A DNA stretch of 64,000 bases. Source: Psammoneis japonica. Its lineage: Eukaryota. The position numbers were made by a program, and so were the translations under genes. Under the pieces are notes generated by a model. That model made no database searches and had not been told where the DNA came from. It worked only from the letters and a program-made list of their open reading frames with translations. Location: NCBI GenBank assembly GCA_008632985.1, contig QPGO01000093.1:1-64000 (forward strand), in the 5' to 3' direction. Positions 45,335 to 57,651 of the stretch are shown here, in pieces. Numbering within the stretch: the stretch's first letter is position 1; every line of letters starts with the position of its first letter.

Positions 45335-48300
45335 ATGGCCGGAACGCCGTCAAAGACTCCGTCCAAGACCCCCAAGGGTGCCAAGACTCCGCAACAGAGG
45401 AGTCAGACTCCTCGAACCAGCAATGGGACACCTGCTGCTCCCGCTGGTAAGAACGGCAGTTCCACCACAGGAGCTAATCAACCTCCGCCTCCTCCAAGGC
45501 GTGGAGGGATCCATCCAGAACATGGGCGACACATGGGCGGTTCTCCGTTAGACGACGACTGCAAGCCCAAGCTGCCTCGTTCCCACCGCTCAACCAACCA
45601 GTCTCGCGACAAGAAGATTCTACCGCACATCGAGCGCACTCTTCGCGAAGCTCGAGACGGAACACTCGTCGTCAAGTTTGACGGAAACCTCGAGCTCACT
45701 GACACGACCTCCAACGAGCTCGATCAATCCCACTTCGTTCAAGCCATCCGCACCCTTGTCAAGGAGCATGGCTTGGAGAACTTCTTCGCTGTGAAACTCG
45801 AGAAGAAGGTTGTGTCGCCATTCGACCATCTCCACTCTTTTGCGGTCGACGAGGTGATTGCCGAGTGCCTTCATCGCGCCAACGTCGCCAAGGACTTCAC
45901 TGCCTGTGACGATTGCGAGCACAACGATGTCGCTCTCTCCCGATTGGTTGTTGAGTCTAGAATCTCCCACCGATTCCGCGAGAAGATCGAGGTCCAATTT
46001 GGACATGACGATCTCTTTGAGTGCTGCCCCGGTCAAGTCTATTTGATGATGGCTTTGGACACTTGCAATGCGTCTGCCGCACATGACGTTGCCCAAGCCG
46101 CTGAGGACCTTGATGCTCTGTCACTTGCATCCTACCCGGGTGAGGACGTGACTGAGTTTGCCACCGAAGCTCTCCGTCTCACCAAGCTGCTCCAAGCCGG
46201 GCATGCGTTGCCTGTCGACCTCGGGTCGCGCATTCTCAAGAAGTGCCAGAAGACCTCCTGTGAGGCATTCAATCGCAAGATTTACGCCAAGTTGGACAAG
46301 GTGTCGACCATGGAACACAAGCATCGCCTTGGCGATCCCAAGGCGATCACCGCGGACTCTGACCATGATGAACTCGGGCCTGCAGCGTGCATTTCCTTCT
46401 TGCAGAAGGAGCATCGCTTCTGCGTCACCGATGAGGATTGGCCCGGACTTTCAACCAAGCTCCCTCAGAGCAACAACGCTTCCAAGACTGGAAAAGGAGC
46501 CTGCAATGCATGTGGTGCTCTGGACCACTGGGCCAACGATCCCAAGTGTCCCAAGCATGCCGAACGTCAGAAGCGCAAGAAAGAAAAGCGTGAGCAGCGT
46601 CGACAGAACAGTCGCAAGGACAACCCGACGGTTCCACCTGCCACTGCCCCGCCTCCTGTGTCTTCCGTTGTGGTTGACACTGTCCCTGCTGACAAACAAG
46701 CCAAACTCAAGGAGTTGCTCACCAACGAGCCCCATTGTTACACCCGTCCGGCGGATCCATCCAAACCCGTCGTGAACAAGTGCGGTTCGACCACGCATTT
46801 TTGTGGAAAGTGCACTTGCAAGCACACCGGCATTCGGGGGATGTGTGCGAATCACAAGGAGTCAGATCATGTTCGCAAACCACCAAAACAAGAACCACCT
46901 GCGGCCAATCTTACCTCCATTGACGACCCAGATTCGGGCGTCCCACCTGGGCCACCCGCTCAGACTACTCCAGACCCAACCAATGTGCCCGAGCCCTCTC
47001 CTGCTGAGGACGAGCTTGTTTGGACTGGATTCCATTGTTGTGTGGTTGAGGACTCGTCTCCTCCCACCCCGTCTGTCACACGAGTCTCCTGCAAACCCGC
47101 TTCTGCGTCTCAGAGGGAGCGCCTGCCAGTTGCAGTCGAGACCGTCGAACCTGAAGATGCTGACGACTTCAGCGATTACTTCGATGCATGTGACGACCTG
47201 TCTTGGGACGATTCCATTGTTGTGTTTCCGCCCACGACTCCTCCTTCATCCAGTGTCCCTACTTCGGGTGCTCCGGCTCCTGCGGCTGAGTTCTTCTTCG
47301 ATGCCGAGTCCGGACCCGAACCCGCGCCGGATCCACCGTTTCCCCAAGCTCACCATCTGTTGCTGTGGGATCTCCTCAAGCTCCCGCTCTTTTGGATCTC
47401 TGCAATGCTTTGGGAGGGTCTCCTGTGGCTCGTCTGCTCCCAGGATGATCCCCCCCCTCCTCCCCGCCGTGTACGTCGCCTCAAGCACCGCCCTGCGCTG
47501 CATCGCTGCCCCTGTTGTTGGGGCGTGATTGCATGCGCGATTGCGCTTTGGCATTTTGTGTGCGGCGGCGCTGTCCCTCCCCACCCCTTTCAATCATTGG
47601 ACCGCCTCTCTTCTCAAACATACGAAGTTGTCTCCGCTCTCGATGAGCGCGTTGATCTGTCGCCCGGTGCGTTCGTCCAGTGCCATGCCATCAAGGTCAG
47701 ACAATTCAAATGTGAGTTGGCGCGCTCAGAGGGAGACAAGCAAGACACCGCCACTCTGCCTTTCGAACTTTCCGAGTTGGTTGACAAGAGTGACAACGAC
47801 GATTTCTTTGATGCGCACACGGAGCTCCCCGTCCATGCGGAATGCTTCTTCGATGCTGACACCTTCCGCGAGTCTGACTGCTCGAGCCCAGATGTCTTCG
47901 GCATTGCTGACTTGTGTCACGCCCGCTACTTCGTCGACTGTCCAACACTCCGGAGCTCGCTACGGAGGATCCATCGGCTTCCCCCACTTTGCCGACCTCC
48001 GCTGCACTTCGTGCCATTTCCGGGGAGACCCAACTCACGCGTCTCGCCGCTGATCCCCAGGCCCTCTTCCATGTCGGACCAAGTGATCTCCAGGTTGTTT
48101 TTGACACTGGTGCCTCGCAGGCCATCACTCCTGACGAGAAAGATTTTGATGGTCCGATCAAGTGCTGCCGGACCCCGCTCCGCCTCGGCGGCATGGCTGA
48201 CGGCATGAGCATCACTGGTGAGGGCACCGTCACATGGACCTTTCAAGCCAGGGAGGGTCACGAAATCACTGTCCAGCTCCGCGCCTGTCTCGTCCCATCC

Positions 48301-51300
48301 TCCAAGGTTCGCCTGCTTTCTCCACAACGTCTCTTCCATGCAGACGGCATCAAAGGACATTTTTGGGGTGACAGTGAGATTTTCAAGGTTTGTTTCGCAG
48401 ACACGCCGGAGTTGATGCTCGAGTGCGACGAGCGCTCCCACTTGCCGGTTGGCCATGCGACTCTCGGTTCCATCCATGCACCACAAGTCAATTTGAGCGC
48501 TATTGGCGACCCGGGTGACCTCAATCTGTCTGCTGGACAGAAGCTTCTCAATGAATGGCATGCGCGCTTTGGGCACTTACATTTTCCCAAGATCCAAGCT
48601 CTGCTCCGCGGCCATCCGTTCGAGGCCATGAAATTCAAGGCAGCATCCAAATGCGACATTCCAAAATGCGGCACATGCGAATGTGCCAAGGCTCATCACC
48701 ATTCTTTGAAGTCTGCCATTCACAAATCCGACCCCAAGCGCGATGGCGCGTTGAAGGCTGACCATCTCAATCCGGGCCAGTCCGTCAGCGTCGACCATTT
48801 CGAATCGCGTCTCAAGGGCCGTGCCTGTGATTCATGCGGCAAACCGTCCTCCCAGCAGTGTGTTGGCGGCTGCATCTTTGTCGACCACGCCTCTGGTTAC
48901 ATCCACGTTGAACACCAAGTCGGTTTCTCCGCTGTCAAGACTGTTTGAGCGAAACAGGCATGTGAGACCATGGCAATGGGACACGGCGTGATCGTCCAAA
49001 CTTGCCTCACCGACGGTGGCGCTTTCAAGGCCAACCAGTTCGTTTCCCATGTCCACAACTCCCAGCAACGCATGCACTTTTGTGGCACCAACGCTCATCA
49101 TCAAAATGGTGTTGCCGAACGCTCCATTCGGTCCATCTCCAATGTGGCTTGCGCCATGATCCTCCATGCTTCGATTCACTGGCGTGGCGGCATCGACAGC
49201 TCTCTGTGGCCCATGGCAGTGCACTGTGCTGCCCACATCTATGATGCTGCTCCCGGCGCCCATGGTCTGTGTCCCGCCGACATCTTTGCTGGCTCCACCG
49301 TCCCGCACCACCGCCTCCACGATCTCCACGTTTGGGGTTGTCCCGTCTATGTCTTGGATCCCAAATTGCAAGAGGGCAAGAAACTTCCCCGTTGGCAGCC
49401 GCGTTCTTGGCGTGGTGTCTTTCTCGGACTCAGTCACATTCATGCCAGTGAGGTGCCATTGGTCCTCAATCTCAATGCTGGCTCCATTGCTCCCCAGCAC
49501 CACGTCGTGTTTGATGATCTCTTCACCACGGTTGCTTCGATCGCAAGGGAGAGCGAACCGCCGGATCACTGGGAAGAATTGTGGTTGGAGAATGCCACTC
49601 AAATTCCCTTGGACTCGTCCGATGGACCGTTGTTCCTTCAAGACGACTGGCTGCTCCTGCTGAACTTGAACAGAAACGACGATGTGAGACTGGGGAACGC
49701 AATGTTCGCGCTGCACGTCAACAGCAGCAGAACTTGCCAAAACCCGTTGAGAAGCCAACACCTGCAGCGGATCCTTTACCAACTCCAAATCCACCGCCGT
49801 CTGCACCATCGATGCCAACAACTGCAGTTGATCCATCACCGACACCACCGCCACAAACACCGTTGCTTCAAAACCCATCATCGCCAACGCCTCCAGTTGA
49901 CGATCCTCCACCTTCAGTCGCACGTCCGCCACCTGCCCATCCACGACTGCTCCAGTCCCACCTGAACCTTCATCCACGACTGAGACACCAGGGGTGCGCC
50001 GATCCCAACGGTCGAACAAGGGTGCGCGCACAACTGCTCGTTTCGCCGACGAAGTGTATCTGGCTTCTGTCATCCCTGACGATGTTGGAGGACAACAGGC
50101 TCAGCTTGCCTGTTTGGCTGAGATCCAGACTGACTGTGATTCGGGTGTTTTGGATATTCAGGACCCGCGGATCTACGCCGCTAAAGTCAAACGCGATGCG
50201 GACAATCCGAGTGTTCGCGAGGCCCTCTCGGGTGATTTCGCTGAGCATGCATTGAAGCCATGAAGACGGAGGTGTCTGCTCTTGTCCATCGTAAAACGTG
50301 GCAATTTGTGAAACGGGAGAAGTCAATGAATGTGCTCAAGTCCACGTGGGCATTCAAGTTGAAACGATTACCGGATGGCACGCCGCTTGAGTTCAAAGCG
50401 CGATTTTGTGTCCGAGGAGATCTGCAAAAAGAGGGAGTTGACCACTTCGAGACCTGCGCTCCAGTGGTCCAATGGTCGACTGTCCGTCTCGCACTGAGTG
50501 CTGTCCTGCAAGAAGGATGGACCACCCGTCAGGTCGATTGCACCAACGCTTTTGCGCAGGCCGAGATGACGGAAGACGTTTGTGTCGAACCACCCAAGTG
50601 TTTCGCTCCCAGTTTGGGATCCAATGTTGTCGTAAAGCTGCTCAAGAGTCTCTGCGGTCTCAAGCAAGCTCCCAAGTGCTTCTTTGACAAGCCACGTGAA
50701 GGATTGTTGGAACGTGGATGGACCCAGTCGCAAGTCGACCCGTGCCCATTTTTCAAGGACGGCATGATTTGTGCAGTCTATGTTGATGATGCCATCCTTG
50801 CTGGCAAGAATGGAGCCGCTCTAGAAAATGAGATCAAGGCTCTAGGCATCCAAGACGATGAACAACGCCATGCATTCGAGTTGCGAAACGAGGGAGAAGT
50901 TGGTGACTTCCTCGGCATCAAGATTCGCAAAACCGGACCCAAGGAATTCCTCCTTGCCCAGCCTGGACTCATTGATGAGGCCCTCAAGACAGCTGGCATG
51001 GAAGATTGCCGCTCTTCTCCCACTCCTGGTGCTGCCTCTCCATGTCATGCGGATAAAGAGGGAGCCGAATTCGACGAGAACTGGGACCACCGTTCCGTCA
51101 TCGGCATGTTGATGCATCTGTCATCCAACTCCCGACCAGACATCTGCTGCGCCACGCATCAAGCCGCCCGTTTCTCACATGCTCCCAAGCATTCCCATGC
51201 GATTGCGGTGAAGCGCACTCTGCGCTGCTTGCAAGGCACTGAGGACAAGGGACTCTGTCCACGCCCTGGCGACAACGAACGTGTTGATTGTTTCGTTGAC

Positions 51301-51840
51301 GCCGACTTCGCCGGCCTCTACGGTCACGAAGACACTCAAGATCCGGTCAGCATCAAGTCCCGCACCGGTCATGTCATCTTGTGTTGCGATTGTCCCATTT
51401 TATGGGTTTCTAAGCTACAGATGCAAATGGCACTCTCCACTGTGGAAGCCGAGCACCTTGCTCTGTCGGCTGCGATGCGCGACCTGATTCTGATTCGTGA
51501 AATTTTGAAGGAATTCAAGTGTCATGTTTTCGGTCTCACGGATTACAAGACCCCTGCCACCACCAAGTCCAAGGCCTTTTCAGATGTAAAGGATGGTGCG
51601 ATCCCTTCTTCAGTGGTTTATGAAGATAATCAGGCGTGCCTCAAGTTTGCAAAAATGGCCAAGTTGTCTCCACGTGCCAAACACATTGGTGTTCCCTGTC
51701 ATTGGTTCCGCACCAAGGTTGAGGCTCTTGAGATCCGGATTGAGCCTGTAGGAACTGATTCCCAGTTAGCTGATCAATTTACGAAGGGACTTATTACTGA
51801 CAAGTTTGAATCTGGTCGGTTGAGTCTCTCAGGCTGGTGG
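45335..51840 (+). pseudogene. Copia gag-pol polyprotein, with frameshifts and a CGA-to-TGA-like stop at 48946-48948
   Basis: Zinc knuckle 'CNACGALDHW', protease 'FDTGAS', 'WHARFGH', integrase 'SVDHF..TDGG..QNGVAER', RT 'KARFCVRGD..YVDD', RNase H 'DADFAG..EAE..EDN..ADQFTK'. Confidence 0.95.
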
Positions 51841-51860
51841 GCTCTACGGTTGAGAGGGAG

Positions 51861-52055
51861 AGTTGACGTCTGCCAATCTACCTGTCGACTGCGCGTGATC
51901 GCGCACTTCAATTTTCAAATTCCGCCATCAAAACTCTGCTCGATATTGCAGTCATAATTTTCAGTCAACGACTTTTGCAACAACAACAGCTACTAGTTTA
52001 CAACCTTGAGCATCAGCTCTTTCGATATCTACAGTTATACATCGGTATAACAAGT
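51861..52055 (+). repeat. Copia 3' LTR
   Basis: Direct repeat of 44637-44831, preceded by the PPT and followed by the TSD. Confidence 0.95.
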
Positions 52056-52192
52056 CAGCAAGGTGCGCGACGCGACGCGGTGCGGTGCGTGTCCGTTTGT
52101 ATGTACGTCCGTCACTTCTACTTTCAACTCACCTCTCTAGTTTCTTTGCAGTTCAAAACAAGGAAGAGATCTTGCAATTAATCTCAAAAGAT

Positions 52193-53490
52193 TCACTCCA
52201 TTGATTTGTCGAGAGCTGTTGCAAGCTGTTGCCAGCCTTGCAAGTGAGTTTCGATGGGAATCACACCATTCTCGTTTCCAATGGACCACTCAAACCGGGA
52301 TCTGTATCCCTGGCCAAACGCAGGGTGTGTGTCCGGTATGGCGCCAACACGTGTCAACACTCGAATTCCAGTCTCTTTCTCAATCTCACTGCAAGCTCTG
52401 TTAATAATATCATTGGAATGTCGCATGTATCCATGCACCATGTTCACACCTGGCACGTCGGGGTCAAACGAGACGACATCATTGATCGCTGGCTCTTCAG
52501 AGAGTACCTTGACTATTTGAATCATTTTGTCTCGCTTTTCCGCAAAACTCATTATTTGAGGATCGAGCCAATTCGTTTGATAGCCAATCATTCCGGAAAC
52601 AGCATACGGAAGCAACGTGTAGAGATTGCCTCCAAAACGGCGAAGCCAGATTCGAGACTGTGCGCAAAAGTCTTCTTTCCCATAACATTGCTCCAGACAA
52701 ACCTCCGAGACCTTTATAAAAGGAAATATAGACTGAATCAAACGGCTCTGACATTTTTTCAGCGTCTTGTCATATCCTGCGCTAGCCTCGAAAATGCGGG
52801 CACCGTCACAGTGGAAAGCTACTCCCTCTTTCTTGCATAAATCTCGAATACCAACAATGTCGTCCCAGCTGGTAAGCTTTCCACCAAGTTCGCGATGAGG
52901 GAGCTCTAAAATAAGTGTCGACAATGTTTCTCCCACAGAGCTTCTGCCATCAACTGCCCGCTTGTGATTCTCAAATGACGTTTGAACGTCGTGAAAGGAC
53001 ATTGGAGGCACGCTGTAGCCATTCTTGACCTGCTCTTGCGTGGAAATAATCACGGGTTCCATCTGCAGCAGTTCTTTATACGCTTCGTTTCATGCAGCAT
53101 CAAATGTGACGAGTGATGGCATGCGAAATATCGCCGGTTTGTTTCACCAGTGGATGAATGAATCAGCAAGGCAATCGCCTGTGCCATGACTCCGCTCGGC
53201 ATAAACACTGCGTCGTCCATTCCAAATTCGTCCGCAATTTGTTTCTCAAACTTTCGAAGAAACGATCCTTGATCTGTCTTGTCGAAATCACCGTATACGT
53301 CGAACGAATCAATGCCGAATCGTTCGCATTCTTTACCGATTTCGGCCATGGTTTGTGCTGGAGGCATGTTAGGGTGAGGGAGCTGCAACGCGATCTTTTG
53401 CTGTGCCATAGCCATGACTCCCTGGTTGCTCGCGATATACCACACTATTAGACAACACAACAGAAATAGCATCATCTTATTCTTTGTCAT
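52193..53490 (-). CDS. Low-specificity threonine aldolase / beta-eliminating lyase (frameshifts in this sequence)
   Basis: 'FMPSGVMAQ', 'HSSHLMLHE', 'ELPHRELGG', 'HCDGARIFE', 'DSVYISFYKGLGG' (PLP lysine). Motifs lie in different frames (shifts ~53080, ~52760, ~52680). Confidence 0.85.
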
Positions 53491-53738
53491 GATGGAAGTA
53501 GTTGTACTCTAGCTATGTGAGAGATAGATGAACGACGAGCGGCAACATTGATTCATCGTGCAACTGGAGGAGATCGCAGAGGCAATCTGGAAATCTGGAA
53601 ATCTTGCGGATCTTGGATCTTGCGCCCATCATGCCGGGAGGCATGCAGACGAATCATTTGGGTACAGTCATTATTAGTTAGTGCAGTAATTGCGTTGCAT
53701 GCATGCATTGCATGCATGTGTGCCAGCTGGGCACGGCA

Positions 53739-54590
53739 GTCAAAAATGGCGTGACGTAGACAAGGCCATTGTTGACATGCCTCCAGCAAAAGCGCAACTG
53801 AAATGCCAACAGTTTGCTTGCCATCTTCCAATGCTTGCCATTGCACTCAATCACCAGCCCCTCTGTCACGTGACTGGTGCTGCTGGAATGCAAAAAAAAT
53901 CAGCCGCTGGTGCACACCGCCGTCACGGCGGTCATGAGGAAGTGCGCATCAATGCAGCTCACATCATCTCTTTGCACAGACACAATGAGGGGTAACAGCT
54001 GAGTGGGCATGGCCACTCCAGCAGTTTGACAATGCTTTGGTGTGTCCAATGGTTCCCCACAAAAAGAGTGCGCCAGGAGGCAGTGCGTGCTGCCTCGTGT
54101 CCTCTCGACATTCCCGCCAGTGCTTTGAGAGACGATGAGATTTGACTCAGGCATGCAGACGAATGCCAGCTGGGCAGTCCGTCTGTCCATCCGTCGAGAG
54201 TCAAAAATGGCGTGACGTAGACAAGGCCATTGTCACTTGCCTCCAGGCAGCAAAAGTGCAGCTGAAATGCCAACAGTTTGCTTGCCATCTTCCAATGCTT
54301 GCCATTGCACTCAATCACCAGCCCCTCTGTCATGTGACTGCCGAAATGCAAGTGAAGTCAGGCATTGGTGCACACACCGCCATCGCGGTGGTCATGAGGA
54401 AGCGTGCGTCAATGCAGCTCACATCATCTCTTTGCACAGACACAATGAGGGGTGATGGGTGAGTGGGCATGGCCACTCCAGCAGTCTGACAATTCTTTGT
54501 GTCCAATGGTTCCACAGAAAGAGTGCGCCAGGAGGCAGTGCTGCCTGTCCTCTTGCGCCATTCCCGCCAGCTCTTTTAGAGATGATGAGA
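53739..54590. repeat. Tandem duplication (~460-bp period) within degenerate domain 53550-55680
   Basis: 'gtcaaaaatggcgtgacgtagacaaggccattg' at ~53739 and ~54200, colinear for about 390 bp. Confidence 0.85.
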
Positions 54591-55961
54591 TCTTCTTTCT
54601 CAAGCCCCCCCTCCTCGTTTCAAATGAAAGCACTTTGCACTGCTCATTCCTTGCTTCTCACTGTCATTCTTGACAATGAGCTCAATCTTCTCTGCAAAGC
54701 ATGTGCCACAACAAGTGAAAAAGAAGAAACACGCAACAAGCTCTTTTGGGGCAAACACACACGTGCTGCACAGGCCCCGGCTCCTCCTTCCTGCTGTGTC
54801 AAATGTTGGCAAAAAAGAGCTGGTCACTCTTGGGCTGGGATTGCACATGCAAGTGGGCTGCAACATCCATCAATGTCTCTTCCGCCAGCTCACATCATTG
54901 CTTTTCTCAACAGATTCTTTCAACTCTCTCAAGCAAGGAAAACTTGCTCATGTGTTTCAGGATGCCCCACTCTGTCTTCCTTTGCCCTCCTCTCCTTGAT
55001 TTCCATTTGAAAGACATGTGCTCCATCTTGCACTCATTGAGTGCACAAGCTTGTTGATGCTCCATTTTGTCGTTCATTGCCACCACTTCACACTTGGTGC
55101 TGAACACACAGGGGGTGAGGTGGGATTCTCCCAAGGCACCCACTGTGATGGCAGCTGGGCCAACACAGTGGGTGAATCTGTCCTGTTTTAGAAGACTTGC
55201 ACCAGATGGACAAAAAGCAACCACACTTGGCTGGGTGAAAAGGACTGAGAAATCTGGGGAGGAAATGTGAAATGAAGACCCCCAACTTTCACTTTTGATC
55301 ATGCAAGACATGAAAACCAGAAATGGTGTGACCACATGATGAGCTGGACAAGCAGTGCCAGAAGCACTTCTGCTTTCCTCTTTTCTTGCAAATTGTGCAT
55401 CAAGTTTGACATTGCCTGCCTGCAGTTCACCATGCATGAGTGCGCTAACTTCAGCTGCGCAAAACCCTTTGGAGACACAAAGCAAGCGAGCAACATTTCT
55501 TTAAAATCTTCTGCTCTTCCCCCATTCATCTGCAAGTCATTGTCACCACCGTCATGCTGTCACTCCTGCAAGACTGTGATCTTATTTCTCTTTCCCACAT
55601 GCATCACATGCAAATGACAAATGTGGTCTCTGCCTCGCTTCTCCTTCCTGTGGCACACAGCATCAGCAGCTCCAGCTGCCACAGTAGAGTAGAGGGCACT
55701 CAGTAGCAGCAAGAGTAGGGACTGCTCTTCGAGAGTCTATTAGACCTAGAGCCAGAGGAGAGGCAGGCAAATTAAACGATTAAAGTGTTTTACCAAGACC
55801 ATGACCGTTGCTGCTTCTCACTCTTACCTCTCTCCACTGGAGAGCGGCTTGCACTTCGAAACATCTCATTTCTTGCCTGCCCTGCAAACCTGCTGCCAGC
55901 TCTCTAGACAGCGCAGTCTATAAACTTACAAACTATGAAATGTACCTAAATCTACAGTCAC

Positions 55962-57651
55962 CTAAGTCTGCGCCTTTTCCTTAGCAAGTTCCTGCCGAAC
56001 TTCGTCAGAAAGATATGTGCTGGCAGTCATTGGATGTCGTTTGTGGTGAGCCACCATGGCCCTGATGTTTTCCATGCCCACCTTTAGATTTTCAAATGAA
56101 GGACCATAACTGAATCGAACGTTTGAAATACATTTCGACTTGTCAACATGACGAACCGATCGAGGATTACGTCAAAGAAGCATCCAGGAACAATGATGAT
56201 CTTATACTTGGTGCACTCCTCCAAAAAGATGAGGCAATCATTGAGCGGTGGAGGCAAGTCGGACAGGTCTGCCCAAATGTAAAATGTTGCAGTGGGTTGC
56301 CACTTGACCTTGATACCGACCTCCGCCAGCTCCTTGAGGAGAAAGTCACGCTTTGCCTTGAAGTGTTTCTGTAGCGCCCATGTGTCTCTACGGATGAAGT
56401 CCAGGTCCATGAGAGGGAGTGCGAGGCGTTGAAGCGGTGCGTTTGTACCGCCATCGAGGTAACTTCCAGCACTTGCAAGCAAGGAAACAATGGAAGCTGG
56501 TGCTACAACCCAACAGCACCGAAAGCCAGGGCATCGCCAGTTCTTGGTGAGTCCATTGACAATGAGAACAGGATCCTCGTTGACATCGTCTTGTTAGAAA
56601 GATACGACGAATTCGGTTTATGCGTAAGTACGAAGCATAATATGAAACGACAAAAGCGTACTCGTTGTATCTCGATAGCTTGACTTACCAATGTACTTGG
56701 CGCTCGACACTGTCTTTGGCCAATTGGTGTCGTCATCGGCGCCTCCGTCGAACGGCGATGTCGCCGTGCCATCGTAGTAATAATGGGAGTAAAACTCGTC
56801 CATAACGAGGGCTACATTATGATCGCGACCAATGCGAACATACTCCTTGAGATTATCACCTTCAATCGACCGTCCAGTTGGGTTGGCTGGATTACTTAGG
56901 AGGATGGCACCAAGGCCTCTTCCAATACACTGAAACTCAAACTCCTCGGGCGTCATGAGAGCCTCGTTCACATCGCGGTGCAAAAGAATCGTCGGAGTGA
57001 TCCTCTGAAAGAGTCCGAGTGCTTGTTCATAGGCTGTGTAATCCGGACTAAAGAAACCAACCTGAGTTTCCGCCATGGCAGCCATGATGCGAGTTAGTCC
57101 CGCTCGACCGCCGGGAACAACGCAGACATTGTCTGCAGTATACTGACTCTCCTTCCCATGACGATAAAGGTGGTTGTAATATTTGGCAACCTTTTCACGG
57201 AGCTCTGTAATACCAGTGTTGGGTGCGTATTCCACTTCATTGTCATGGATTGTTATTTCATACTTGCGAGGTGGAGCTCCTTCAATTGGACCGGTCTGTG
57301 GAGAGATCATAACGAACACAGGAATATGAAACGCATCAGAAATACTTGACAGCATTCATTTTTCAATTCGAAAAAGCATGATAAGCTTGCCTCAGGAGCG
57401 CCTTGTCCCATGTTTGCCCACGCTGTATCATCTGGATGAAATCCGCGCTCTCTGGCACGTGAGGTTGCATAGATTACTCCAGTCTGCTCGACGCGACGAA
57501 ACGTTGGAAAGCGATTTTCTTCGTGAGCGGAGAGACCAAGCAACTCGCCAGCCTTCTCTGTCTTTTCAGATTTCGTATGGTGATACTTGGCGTATGCCAG
57601 ATAGGTGTTGGTAATCATGTCATGGTGCTTTTGGGTGGATTGGTTCGCCAT
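55962..57651 (-). CDS. PLP-dependent class I/II aminotransferase (aspartate aminotransferase-like), multi-exon
   Basis: 'WANMGQGAPE|TG', 'YAP.TG..ELR', 'PGGRAGL', 'SNPANPTG', 'DEFYSHY', 'KNWRCPG.R', 'TFYIW'; introns near 57300-57390 and 56610-56685; possible frameshift ~56165. Confidence 0.85.

Larger units (their letters stand above)
44637..52055 (+). mobile_element. Full-length Ty1/Copia LTR retrotransposon (7419 bp), inactivated
   Basis: Two 195-bp LTRs, 5-bp TSD CAGCA (44632-44636, 52056-52060), PBS-like ggtcatcgagccc (44832-44844), PPT gagagggag (51852-51860), domain order gag-PR-IN-RT-RH. Confidence 0.97.

Noticed and set aside
48832..50073. 413-aa antisense ORF over the Copia integrase
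   Set aside because: No recognisable motif; expected shadow ORF once TA-containing stops are depleted.
45335..51957. Alternative genetic code or selection against Tyr as the explanation for Tyr-to-Cys/His
   Set aside because: Adjacent host genes use Tyr normally, and codon-spanning T|A sites are also changed.
45335..51957. ADAR-type RNA hyper-editing fixed by reverse transcription
   Set aside because: It would give A-to-G on one strand only. Both TG and CA products occur, and non-retro host pseudogenes are affected too.
52193..53490. Programmed frameshifting or pseudogenisation of the threonine aldolase (and the aminotransferase ~56165)
   Set aside because: Small indels in otherwise intact, compositionally normal genes are more simply explained as long-read consensus errors. 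This cannot be resolved without reads.
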